DNA from: Pseudomonadota bacterium
Lineage (GTDB): Bacteria; Pseudomonadota; Alphaproteobacteria; Rickettsiales; RGZB01
Assembly (NCBI GenBank): GCA_010031735.1
Contig: RGZB01000001.1
Span: forward strand, 86,411-150,410
Length of the DNA: 64,000 nucleotides
Direction of reading: 5' to 3'
The notes under the pieces were generated by a model. That model saw only the letters and a program-made list of their open reading frames with translations. It ran no database searches and was not told the origin of the DNA. How positions within the stretch are numbered: position 1 is the first letter of the stretch; each line of letters begins with the position of its first letter. Positions 7,055 to 14,703 of this stretch are shown piece by piece. The translations under genes were made by a program, and so were the position numbers.

Positions 7055-8404
7055 ATGCCACCAAAAGCACCGAAGCAGAACTGGACACTTCCAGACCATA
7101 ATTCCAAGAAAAGCCACAAAGTCGCTTATATCAATGCACGCATCATCGATCCAGAATCCGGCTTCGATAAGAAAGGTGCACTGTTGACTGAAGGCGAGAA
7201 AATCGCTGATTTTGGCCCCGCACTCTTTAAGAACGGCGTTCCGAAAGGCATCGAGGTGGTGGACTGCGAAGGCCATGTGCTATGCCCAGGCTTGGTCGAT
7301 ATCCAGGTGCATTTCCGTGAACCCGGCCAAGAACACAAAGAGACCATCAACACCGGCAGTAAATCCGCCGCGGCGGGCGGTATCACCATGGTGGTCTGCC
7401 AACCCAATACCAAGCCCGTGCTCGATAACGTACCCATCGTCGAGTTCATCAAGAACCGTGCACGTGAAACCTCGTATGTGAATATCCGTGCGTATGGCGC
7501 GATCAGTAAGGACATGAAAGGTGAAACCATCACCGAGATGGGCTTGATGCGCGAATCGGGCGTAGTCGTCGGCTTCACGGACGATGGCCTTCCGGTCATG
7601 AACTCCCTGCTTATGCGGCGCGCACTTGAATTCTCCAAGATGCTCGATGTGCCGATCGCACAGCACGCAGAAGATCTGAACCTTTCCAACAAAGGTTGCA
7701 TCAACGAAGGCAAGATTTCGACCAAGCTTGGCGTGCCGGGTATTCCGAACGCATCCGAAGCCGTGTGTGTGGATCGCGATATCCATCTGGTGGCACTCAC
7801 CGGTGGTGTATATCACCTTCTTCATGCCAGTACGCATGAGGCCGTCGAATCCATCCGCCGTGCGAAGAAGATGGGATTGAACGTCACCGCGGAAGCGGCA
7901 CCGCACCACTTCACTTTAACCGATGAAGCCGTGCTCGATTATAAAACCTTCGCAAAAATGAACCCACCACTCCGTGCCGAAAAAGATCGCCTTGCGATCA
8001 TCGAGGGTTTGAAAGACGGTACCATCGATGCGATCGCGACCGATCACGCGCCGCATGACCAGGAATCGAAACGCGTGCCGCTCACCAGTGCCGCATTCGG
8101 TATCGTGGGTGTCGAGACCATGCTGCCGCTCTCGCTTGCGCTTTATCAAAATAAAACACTCTCACTCCGCGATGTACTTGGCAAGATGACCTGGCGCGCA
8201 GCCGATATCATCCGCGAGAAACGCGGCCGCATCAAGAAAGGCGCTATCGCCGATCTGACACTCATCGATCTGGGGATGGAATGGGTGGTAGAGAATGATA
8301 AACTCTCGAGCAAATCGAAGAACTCTCCGTTCGATGGCCGCAAGGTCAAAGGCCGCGCGATCCGCACCATCGTCAGCGGGCAAACGGTGTATACGCTGGG
8401 TTAA
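7055..8404 (+). CDS. pyrC: dihydroorotase (long, allantoinase-like type)
   Basis: DIQVHFREPG metal-binding motif, ..DHAPH... ATG at 7055 has a GAGGGG SD. The ORF-track TTG at 7007 is less likely. Confidence 0.9.
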   Translation: MPPKAPKQNWTLPDHNSKKSHKVAYINARIIDPESGFDKKGALLTEGEKIADFGPALFKNGVPKGIEVVDCEGHVLCPGLVDIQVHFREPGQEHKETINTGSKSAAAGGITMVVCQPNTKPVLDNVPIVEFIKNRARETSYVNIRAYGAISKDMKGETITEMGLMRESGVVVGFTDDGLPVMNSLLMRRALEFSKMLDVPIAQHAEDLNLSNKGCINEGKISTKLGVPGIPNASEAVCVDRDIHLVALTGGVYHLLHASTHEAVESIRRAKKMGLNVTAEAAPHHFTLTDEAVLDYKTFAKMNPPLRAEKDRLAIIEGLKDGTIDAIATDHAPHDQESKRVPLTSAAFGIVGVETMLPLSLALYQNKTLSLRDVLGKMTWRAADIIREKRGRIKKGAIADLTLIDLGMEWVVENDKLSSKSKNSPFDGRKVKGRAIRTIVSGQTVYTLG

Positions 8405-9517
8405 CTACTCCCCAGGCGTATCAGGGTTATAACCCTTGCTGATGTCGATTTTGTTTACTGCCGCGATTAGTTTTACCACCTGCGAAAAAAATCCATCCCT
8501 CAGAGCTTCACTAAAGCATATATCATTCCATGCAGCTTCCCGGCTTAGTTTTTGTTCCGTTAACGCACGGGCGAGCTCTGGGTTATTGGGGATATACTCA
8601 TCTTCAAACCATTCAACAAGCTTACGAGGAGTTTTATCTCCATCAACCTCAAGTACTTCGAGAATTCCTGACCTAGACGATGCTTCAAGAAAATCTTTCA
8701 ACGTTACATACTTTTTCATAGACCATAGCAGATCTTCACAAATTGAATCCGGTAAATACAGGCTGCTGCCTTCTTCCTGAATACCTGACATAATAGGCTT
8801 TTCTGCTAAAATTTCTCGTAAAGCCCCTGCTGCTTGCTCATTCTCAGGAAGATCGTCTACCCTAGAACGGAAGTCCCACACCAAAAACAAAAAATCATAA
8901 ACACCTTCTATTACCATTTCGGCTGCTTCCTGTGGATTTTGCGGCTCTTTCTCGGCAGCTGCCTTCTTCTGATCAACGGATACATTACCTTCTTTGTATG
9001 ACTCTATGCCCCTCTCACTTTCAGCACTAAACATGTCAAGTGCGGCAGCGAGCCATTCCCGCTTAAACGGCTTTCTCTCGGCAAGAGCGAGAACAAACTC
9101 CATATTATCCTTATGCCTTACCGTGAATTCATCACCTCGTAAAAGACTAATATATAATTCGTTAAGGCTGTGGATGATGATCGCCTGTTGAACCGTTATA
9201 GCATGAACGCTTAAATCAGTATCTTCTTTAGGGGCAAACGCAGCAACTGCGGCATAGATGCGGTCATAGGTGCCTTTGTTAAAATTATCTTCAAATACTC
9301 CTCTATCAATCTCTTCATCCGGCTCCACAAAAGGAGGGATTTTGAGGATCATAATCAAACTACCAGAGTGTATACTCAATTGCCCCATTATATCATCTTC
9401 GATCTGTTCATCGGTCATTTCAGTTTCTGATTTGAGTGCCTCCACTAAAGGCAATTCAAGCAACGCCGCAAGTTGCGCTTCCTTATTAGCCTTATCTCTC
9501 CAATTCGTTCCGCTCAT
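8405..9517 (-). CDS. hypothetical acidic protein (370 aa), lower-GC ORFan
   Basis: Long ORF 8 nt downstream of 9526-10008 on the same strand. Its stop codon abuts the pyrC stop with zero spacer. Confidence 0.65.
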   Translation of the reverse strand: MSGTNWRDKANKEAQLAALLELPLVEALKSETEMTDEQIEDDIMGQLSIHSGSLIMILKIPPFVEPDEEIDRGVFEDNFNKGTYDRIYAAVAAFAPKEDTDLSVHAITVQQAIIIHSLNELYISLLRGDEFTVRHKDNMEFVLALAERKPFKREWLAAALDMFSAESERGIESYKEGNVSVDQKKAAAEKEPQNPQEAAEMVIEGVYDFLFLVWDFRSRVDDLPENEQAAGALREILAEKPIMSGIQEEGSSLYLPDSICEDLLWSMKKYVTLKDFLEASSRSGILEVLEVDGDKTPRKLVEWFEDEYIPNNPELARALTEQKLSREAAWNDICFSEALRDGFFSQVVKLIAAVNKIDISKGYNPDTPGE

Positions 9518-9525
9518 AACGCCTC

Positions 9526-10008
9526 CTATTCCTTACTCTGCGCCACCATCTTCAGGATATATTTTCTAAAATCCGGATCTTCACCGACGAGTAATTTCGG
9601 CAGCGCTTTTCTGAAATCCTCACGCTTCACCCAGAAAATAATGTAGTCTTCCCAGGTGCTCCACAGACGCTTTTGGTGTGGCGGCATCTTCTCTTCATAG
9701 ACAAGGATGTATGCTTGTTCGAATAAGGAAATCAGCAGATCGAAGATGATGAGTTTCCTCTCAATTTGTTCATTCGTCAGCTTTCGCTTCGAACTGTTTT
9801 TTGAAAACAGGCGAAGATCGGAATTCTCAAGAAGGATTTCCTGGAAATCGGAATATTGGTCAGCGAGGCGTTGATACACCTCCTCCTCTTCGTTCTGACG
9901 TTCCTTACGGTAATCGGAAATGAAAATAATGATGGCGAAGGGTAAACCGATCACGGTTACCACATAGCTGAGCAACTCCCACGTCTCTATATCAGTAAAA
10001 TCCATCAT
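9526..10008 (-). CDS. hypothetical membrane-anchored protein (160 aa)
   Basis: N-terminal TM helix LLSYVVTVIGLPFAIIIFI. AT-rich codon usage. The -10-like TAGTAT lies 6 nt from the ATG (leaderless geometry). Confidence 0.65.
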   Translation of the reverse strand: MMDFTDIETWELLSYVVTVIGLPFAIIIFISDYRKERQNEEEEVYQRLADQYSDFQEILLENSDLRLFSKNSSKRKLTNEQIERKLIIFDLLISLFEQAYILVYEEKMPPHQKRLWSTWEDYIIFWVKREDFRKALPKLLVGEDPDFRKYILKMVAQSKE

Positions 10009-10014
10009 GCTCAG

Positions 10015-10046
10015 ATACTAAGTGAAAATGGTGAAGAAAAGGTTAA
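10015..10046 (-). promoter_or_regulatory. putative promoter of 160-aa/370-aa operon: TTAACC-N20-TAGTAT
   Basis: Gene-sense TTAACCttttcttcaccattttcactTAGTATctgagcATG. Aligns with the C1 promoter (shared TTAACC..TTCACC..TTTC). Confidence 0.5.
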
Positions 10047-10067
10047 TGCCCTGCTTTATACCCTAAA

Positions 10068-10115
10068 ACACGAAAACCTTCCACCGCCCCGAAGGGTAGT
10101 GGAAGGTTCGCGTGT
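10068..10115 (-). terminator. intrinsic terminator of cassette C4 (conserved module)
   Basis: Gene-sense ACACGCGAACCTTCCAC-tacccttcggggcg-GTGGAAGGTTTTCGTGT + TTTAGGGTAT. Same stem as 3915-3958 but a different loop. Confidence 0.75.
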
Positions 10116-10144
10116 GCCCTGACTTACGATGCCAGGGCTAGGTA

Positions 10145-10711
10145 CTACGGCTTCGGCAACTCGAAGCCGAACTCGTCGTCCTCATCGGTCGGAGGGGCGG
10201 CGGGCGGCGGCGGCGGCGGCAATTCAAACACCACCTCCTGCTCGCCTGGCCAGTCTTTCAACTCGAACCAGCCCTCGTCGTCCTCCTGCGGCGGCACCGC
10301 CTTTGCCACCTCACCCAACCCGGAAAGCTTACCGAACTCGGTGAGGGCTTTGGAGATGTCCTCGCCCACGGCCGCCAACGCAATGGCAGTTGGCGGCAGC
10401 TCCCAGCAATCGTTGTCATCCACGACGACTGGCCCGGTGACCGGCGGACCGATCACCAAGTGCTCACCCGTGGGCAGCCCGCTCCCGGGGAACACCGAGT
10501 TCAGGATATTCCGGGCGCGGCGCGTAGCGCGCAGGTGACGCACCACCTCCGTCGCCTCGAACTCCTCGCGGGTGAAGGGCGTCAACTTCACGCCGACCGC
10601 CGTGAGGATGGCCTTCGCGGTGGCCCCGTTCATGTCACCGTAGTTTTTCGTGGCGCCGTTCTTGGACGGCTTGGTGAACACGAGCCCGGCGGTCAGGATG
10701 CGCTTCTGCAT
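10145..10711 (-). CDS. hypothetical protein, GC3-rich cassette C4 (family B, paralog of 11059-11487)
   Basis: 188 aa from the ATG at 10711 (GAGGT upstream). The ORF-track start at 10870 runs into the AT-richer leader. KP..K..TKNYG..G motif is shared with C5. Pro/Asp/Glu-rich C-terminus. Confidence 0.65.
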   Translation of the reverse strand: MQKRILTAGLVFTKPSKNGATKNYGDMNGATAKAILTAVGVKLTPFTREEFEATEVVRHLRATRRARNILNSVFPGSGLPTGEHLVIGPPVTGPVVVDDNDCWELPPTAIALAAVGEDISKALTEFGKLSGLGEVAKAVPPQEDDEGWFELKDWPGEQEVVFELPPPPPPAAPPTDEDDEFGFELPKP

Positions 10712-10939
10712 GGGACTAGTACCTCGCCATTTCTCCCATCCCCTGTTTTTAATTGTTAGGGGGACGCGGATAGTGGCACATGTAGGGATTGGTGGAGGAA
10801 ATTTGTGAAACCCTTTCCACTTAGGGTTATGCAAAACTGTAGGCTCGAACCGTAGCAAAACCAAAAACAATGCCCACAGTCAAACACCGAACCAAACTTA
10901 CATAACACCAACTTAACATCCCCAGTATGACTGAACGAT

Positions 10940-10972
10940 ATTACAAAAATATTACCCCTGACCCATGGTTAA
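10940..10972 (-). promoter_or_regulatory. putative promoter of C4: TTAACCAT..-N21-TGTAAT
   Basis: Gene-sense TTAACCATgggtcaggggtaatattttTGTAAT. Exact TTAACCAT 8-mer immediately after the C5 terminator tail. Confidence 0.4.
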
Positions 10973-10988
10973 TAGCGCCTATAAACAC

Positions 10989-11022
10989 GAAACCCCGCCC
11001 CCACTAAAGGGGACAGGGTCTC
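10989..11022 (-). terminator. intrinsic terminator of cassette C5
   Basis: Gene-sense GAGACCCTGTCCCC-tttagt-GGGGGCGGGGTTTC + GTGTTTATAGG (G-U pairs valid only in the minus-sense RNA). Confidence 0.7.
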
Positions 11023-11058
11023 ATGCGCCTGACTCACGCCAGGTCTTTAGGTATCAGG

Positions 11059-11487
11059 TCACTGCGGCGTCTCTACCGGGTAGCCCCCGAAGTTGTCGGT
11101 TTTCGTGACCCCGCCCTTCTCCTTAGGCGGCGCTTCGCCCAGCTCCTTCAGCAGATCGAACGGCTCGTCTTCCGGGGTCAGCTTCACCGCCTCACCCAGC
11201 CCATCGATCTCCGGAACAGCAGGCAGGAACTCCAGCACCGTCGTCCCGCCCTCGTTGCTACCCTGCGGCGCATCGTAGGGCGGCTCCATCGGCCACTCGA
11301 ACACCTCGTCGTTCCAGTCGTGCATGTCGAGCGGCGGGCGCTTGTACGGCCACAGCCCGGCCTTCTTCAGCGCCTGCTGCGCCTTGAACCCGCTCACCGG
11401 CCCGTAGTTCTTCGTCCAGCTCTTGCGCCCCGGCTTGTAGTAGCTGTCCGGGTGCTTCACCGACGTCAACAAAAGAGACGCGCGCAT
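11059..11487 (-). CDS. hypothetical protein, GC3-rich cassette C5 (family B)
   Basis: 142 aa from the ATG at 11487 (MRASLLLTSVKHPDSYYKPGRKSWTKNYGPVSG..). Start chosen by alignment with C4. G/C-ending codons. Confidence 0.65.
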   Translation of the reverse strand: MRASLLLTSVKHPDSYYKPGRKSWTKNYGPVSGFKAQQALKKAGLWPYKRPPLDMHDWNDEVFEWPMEPPYDAPQGSNEGGTTVLEFLPAVPEIDGLGEAVKLTPEDEPFDLLKELGEAPPKEKGGVTKTDNFGGYPVETPQ

Positions 11488-11668
11488 AACCCAATACCTC
11501 ACCACAACTTCCACCATCCTAATTTTTAGGCGGGAGCAGTGGCACACAAGCTGGTGAAGTAATTATTATGACCCCTCTTCACCAAATGGGTCCTTCGACA
11601 ACCGCGATTACGTTAGTACGTAGCCACGGGTTATATTCCATCAAAAGACAGCCAACGAAAGAGCCACC

Positions 11669-11700
11669 AGTATATCGCTGGAATATTGCAGTTTGGTTAC
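11669..11700 (-). promoter_or_regulatory. putative promoter of C5: GTAACC-N20-TATACT
   Basis: Gene-sense GTAACCaaactgcaatattccagcgaTATACT. Confidence 0.4.
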
Positions 11701-11728
11701 GTCTTAAAAAGCTAATAAACAGCTATAA

Positions 11729-11770
11729 AACACAAGACCCCCGCCGCAGATGCGACGAGGGTCTTGTGTT
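11729..11770 (-). terminator. intrinsic terminator of cassette C6
   Basis: Gene-sense AACACAAGACCCTCG-tcgcatctgc-GGCGGGGGTCTTGTGTT + TTATAGC. Confidence 0.7.
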
Positions 11771-11786
11771 GTTAATTGTGCTTACT

Positions 11787-12161
11787 CTACTCGCCAGAGC
11801 CCCCTTGCGCCGGGGGGTCGCCCTTGTAGGCGTCGTCGTGAACGTCCGTCGGCCACGGCGGCATACCGTTCATCCCGCCGCACAGATTCGTCAACACTTT
11901 CGGCATCACGCTCTTCGCCGCCGCCTTCACGATCTTGGCCGCGATGATCGTGCTGCCCGCGCCGTCCCCGACCACTTCGATCGAGATCTTCCCGTCCAGC
12001 ACCTGCGCGAGGCTCACTTCCGCCGACTGACCCTTTTTGAGCGGGTGGCACTTGCCGCCGCCCAGCACGTTCAGAGGCACGTGCGCACAGATGGTGACGG
12101 TGCTGCGCGACACCGTGAGATCGAACGGCAGTTCGACCTCAATCGTGTAAATGGTTCCCAT
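11787..12161 (-). CDS. hypothetical small protein, GC3-rich cassette C6 (family A)
   Basis: 124 aa. Strong SD AGGAGGG 6 nt before the ATG. G/C-ending codons. N-terminus similar to C1. Confidence 0.75.
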   Translation of the reverse strand: MGTIYTIEVELPFDLTVSRSTVTICAHVPLNVLGGGKCHPLKKGQSAEVSLAQVLDGKISIEVVGDGAGSTIIAAKIVKAAAKSVMPKVLTNLCGGMNGMPPWPTDVHDDAYKGDPPAQGGSGE

Positions 12162-12209
12162 ATTCGCTCCCTCCTAAAGAAGCGTAGTGGGTTCCTGATG
12201 ACGACAGCC

Positions 12210-12234
12210 GGTTCCCGCAGGAACGTTCCTTGGC
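12210..12234 (-). promoter_or_regulatory. conserved leader RNA hairpin (CAAGGAAC-GUUCC-UGCG-GGAAC) in C6 5' leader
   Basis: Counterpart of 3742-3764, with compensatory stem changes. Confidence 0.45.
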
Positions 12235-12454
12235 TTTGTCATCGTAATTCGTGGGGTAAGGAATCCATTACCTTACCTGCTGCCTAACACCGATGAGTTA
12301 CATCGGGGTCCAAAACAGCAAGACAAACCATAGGCAGGATAAAGGTAAATTATGACGGAGATATGACGCACCACTGTGAAAAGCCGAAAGTATGGCATAA
12401 AATAGCCATACTTGGCAGTCCATCTTATTGCCATTACCGCTATATTTCAGTTAC

Positions 12455-12487
12455 TAAGTATTACACCATCGTTAACGGGTCGTTAAC
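12455..12487 (-). promoter_or_regulatory. putative promoter of C6 with perfect TTAA-N7-TTAAC box
   Basis: GTTAACgggtcGTTAAC reads as TTAA-N7-TTAAC on both strands (12472-12487). The gene-sense upstream TTAACG lies N20 from TACTTA. Confidence 0.45.
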
Positions 12488-12497
12488 TCATCTGTAA

Positions 12498-12517
12498 CAT
12501 GTTCCACGTGGAACATG
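12498..12517. repeat. perfect 20-bp palindrome CATGTTCCACGTGGAACATG
   Basis: Read directly. Lies between the C7 terminator and the C6 TTAAC box. Confidence 0.9.
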
Positions 12518-12521
12518 GCAG

Positions 12522-12537
12522 GATACGCTAGCGTATC
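12522..12537. repeat. perfect 16-bp palindrome GATACGCTAGCGTATC
   Basis: Read directly. 4 nt from the 20-bp palindrome, with imperfect GGCA/TGCC extension. Confidence 0.9.
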
Positions 12538-12569
12538 TGCCGTAATAGACATTCTATTCGCCCCAAAAA

Positions 12570-12609
12570 GCAAAAGGGAGAGAGGTTTGCAGTCCCTCTC
12601 TCCCTTTGC
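12570..12609 (-). terminator. intrinsic terminator of cassette C7
   Basis: Gene-sense GCAAAGGGAGAGAGG-gactgcaaa-CCTCTCTCCCTTTTGC + TTTTTGGGG. Confidence 0.7.
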
Positions 12610-12654
12610 CGCCCCGTATAATAGATAATAAAATGGGGCTTCATTCTTCCATGA

Positions 12655-12954
12655 TCAGCCGACGGTGTCCCCGTCGTTCGGCCACTGGTAGTCGGCGTTC
12701 CCGCTCACCCAGTCGATCACCGCCGACGCGCCCACGCCCATGTCCTCGTTCTCGAACTCCTTGTCCTCGGCCATCGCCCGCGCGGCCTCGTGCCCGATGG
12801 CCGCGTACTTGGCCTGCAGGGCGAGGTCGGCACCGTCCACGGCCTTGTCGTCCGGGTCGTCCTTGATCTTGGTCACGGTCTTGGTGGCCGGCTGGACCTC
12901 GAAGAAATCGTCCGCGCCGCCGTCGTCGTCGTTCCGCCGATTCCGAGCGCTCAT
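12655..12954 (-). CDS. hypothetical acidic small protein, GC3-rich cassette C7
   Basis: 99 aa from the ATG at 12954 (GGAG 9 nt upstream). The ORF-track TTG at 12990 is also possible. G/C-ending codons. Confidence 0.6.
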   Translation of the reverse strand: MSARNRRNDDDGGADDFFEVQPATKTVTKIKDDPDDKAVDGADLALQAKYAAIGHEAARAMAEDKEFENEDMGVGASAVIDWVSGNADYQWPNDGDTVG

Positions 12955-13138
12955 GGCTGCTTTCTCCGCTTTCGGTAATCCCTTACGCAACTTGGGATGT
13001 CAACCGAAGCACGTGTGTGGTGAGGGTCTAGAACTCGATCTTCGAACTCTGCTATCTACCCTTCTCACCTTAGGGTCATGTATCAGTCCTCGGTTGCGAC
13101 ACGAGAGACTGGTTATATGCACCAAGAAATACCCCTTT

Positions 13139-13170
13139 AATATGCCCGAATACTGTTACAAATATGTTAA
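13139..13170 (-). promoter_or_regulatory. putative promoter of C7: TTAACA-N20-CATATT
   Basis: Gene-sense TTAAcatatttGTAACagtattcgggCATATT (TTAA-N7-gTAAC, one mismatch to the full box). Confidence 0.4.
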
Positions 13171-13272
13171 AATCAGTCGATTAGGGGCTAAAATACTGAA
13201 AGTTGCGTTAATCACTGGAAATCCACCAAAAATTTGCTATGGTACGCACGACTCACGATACAGGTTTATGCC

Positions 13273-14607
13273 ATGAAAAAGATGATTCTGCCCATTTTAG
13301 CGGTTTTTAGCCTCTCCGCCTCCACTTCCGCCTACGCCATCACCATGGAAGAAGCCATGGTTAAAGCCTATACGCAGAACCCCTCGCTGGAAGCGGATCG
13401 TGCTGCGAAAGAGGCTACCGACGAATTACTCCCACAGGCTTATTCTGGTTTCCTTCCGACCGTCACCGCAAGTTATAGCCGCGGTAAGGTAGACCAGACC
13501 ATCGGTCGCCGTGAAAGCGATAATATCCAGAAGACACGCTCACTCAGTATCCGTCAGCCTATCTTCAATGGTGGCGAAACCATCTTCCAAAGCCAACGTG
13601 CAGAAAACCTCATCTCCGCGGCAAAGAACGACCTCATCGATTCCGAACAAACGACGCTTGGTGGTGCAGTACAAGTATATATGGATGTCGTACGTACCGA
13701 TAAGGTTCTCGACCTCAGCAAGAATAATGAACAAGTGTTAAGCGAGCAGCTGCAAGCGACGCAAGAACGTTTTAAGCTCGGTGAAACGACACGTACCGAC
13801 GTGGCGCAAGCAGAAGCACGTCTGGAGCGTGCCAAATCAGACCGCATCCGTGCAGAAGGCGATGTGATCGCTGCGCACGCGAGCTATAAGCGTGTCGTAG
13901 GTGAAGAGCCGGTAGGCCTTTTCATGCCGACAAGCTTGCCGCAAGTACCGACGAGACTGGACGATGTCGTGAAACGGGCGATGGAAAACAACCCACGCTT
14001 GAAACGCGCCGCGTTCACCAAAGATGCCGCTGAAAACGATGTGTGGATTACGAAGGCCCGCCTGCTCCCCGATGCGGAGGTGGAAGGCCGCATGGATCGT
14101 GAAGATGGCTTAAACAGCTTGTTTGGTAGCAACCAGGACACCGATTCCCTGCTCTTGCACGTAACGGTTCCACTCTATCAATCCGGTGAAGAATATTCCC
14201 GCATCCGCCAGGCGAAACGCACGAAAGAGCGCCGCAACATGGAAGAAGCGGATACAAATAACATCACGCTTGAGGGTGCTACGAAAGCGTGGAAGGATCT
14301 GGAAACCGCGCGTTCTACGATCGCGTCCAGTGCGGCTGCCGTGAAAGCAGCAAAAATCGCGCTTGATGGTGTTCGCCAGGAAGCCGATGTGGGTTCCCGC
14401 ACGATTCTGGATATCCTCGATGCCGAACAAGAACTCTTCACTGCCAACGTCAACCTGGTGACAGCACAACGTAACGAAGTGATCGCAATCTACAACGTAA
14501 AATCGATCATGGGTGAGCTGACTGCTGATAATCTGAACCTGCCAGGCCCGCACTATGACATGGATTCTTACCGTGACAAAGTGAAGTACCGGATGATCGG
14601 TTTTTAA
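13273..14607 (+). CDS. tolC: TolC-family outer membrane efflux/type I secretion protein
   Basis: Signal peptide MKKMILPILAVFSLSASTSAYA. Two TolC-type repeats. Start taken at the ATG with the signal peptide. Confidence 0.85.
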   Translation: MKKMILPILAVFSLSASTSAYAITMEEAMVKAYTQNPSLEADRAAKEATDELLPQAYSGFLPTVTASYSRGKVDQTIGRRESDNIQKTRSLSIRQPIFNGGETIFQSQRAENLISAAKNDLIDSEQTTLGGAVQVYMDVVRTDKVLDLSKNNEQVLSEQLQATQERFKLGETTRTDVAQAEARLERAKSDRIRAEGDVIAAHASYKRVVGEEPVGLFMPTSLPQVPTRLDDVVKRAMENNPRLKRAAFTKDAAENDVWITKARLLPDAEVEGRMDREDGLNSLFGSNQDTDSLLLHVTVPLYQSGEEYSRIRQAKRTKERRNMEEADTNNITLEGATKAWKDLETARSTIASSAAAVKAAKIALDGVRQEADVGSRTILDILDAEQELFTANVNLVTAQRNEVIAIYNVKSIMGELTADNLNLPGPHYDMDSYRDKVKYRMIGF

Positions 14608-14703
14608 GCTTTTTGATACCCCCTTTATAACCTGTTGAAATTGAAAAGCTTATTTGCTAGTCTCTTGGCATGGTAAATATTACGCACTACACTGCGGGCA
14701 AAG

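Noticed and set aside
10841-10851. tRNA-like T-loop sequence (minus-sense GGTTCGAGCCT) in the C4 leader
   Set aside because: The flanking bases do not form a T-stem (CTACGG versus CTACAG) or any acceptor or anticodon arm, so there is no cloverleaf.
10712-10870. N-terminal extensions offered by the ORF track (C4 to 10870, C5 to 11547, glycosyltransferase to 38034, folP to 15740, C11 to 62946, C12 to 63593)
   Set aside because: The extensions run through lower-GC leader sequence or overlap the neighbouring gene in another frame. Internal ATG/GTG codons with an SD, and homology-consistent N-termini, are better starts.
3915-12609. CRISPR-like regular repeats (recurring GC-rich palindromic elements)
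   Set aside because: The repeats are hairpin terminators separated by 300-1200 bp of promoter, leader and ORF, not 25-40 bp spacers. Only two stems are near-identical, and no cas genes are present.
3355-13232. Integron-like gene-cassette array (small ORFs each followed by an imperfect inverted repeat)
   Set aside because: There is no intI integrase or attI in the window. Each unit has its own promoter and a 125-290 nt leader, whereas integron cassettes are normally promoterless and tightly packed. Units are dispersed on both strands at six loci. The hairpins lack the RYYYAAC / GTTRRRY attC core pair and look like U-tract terminators.
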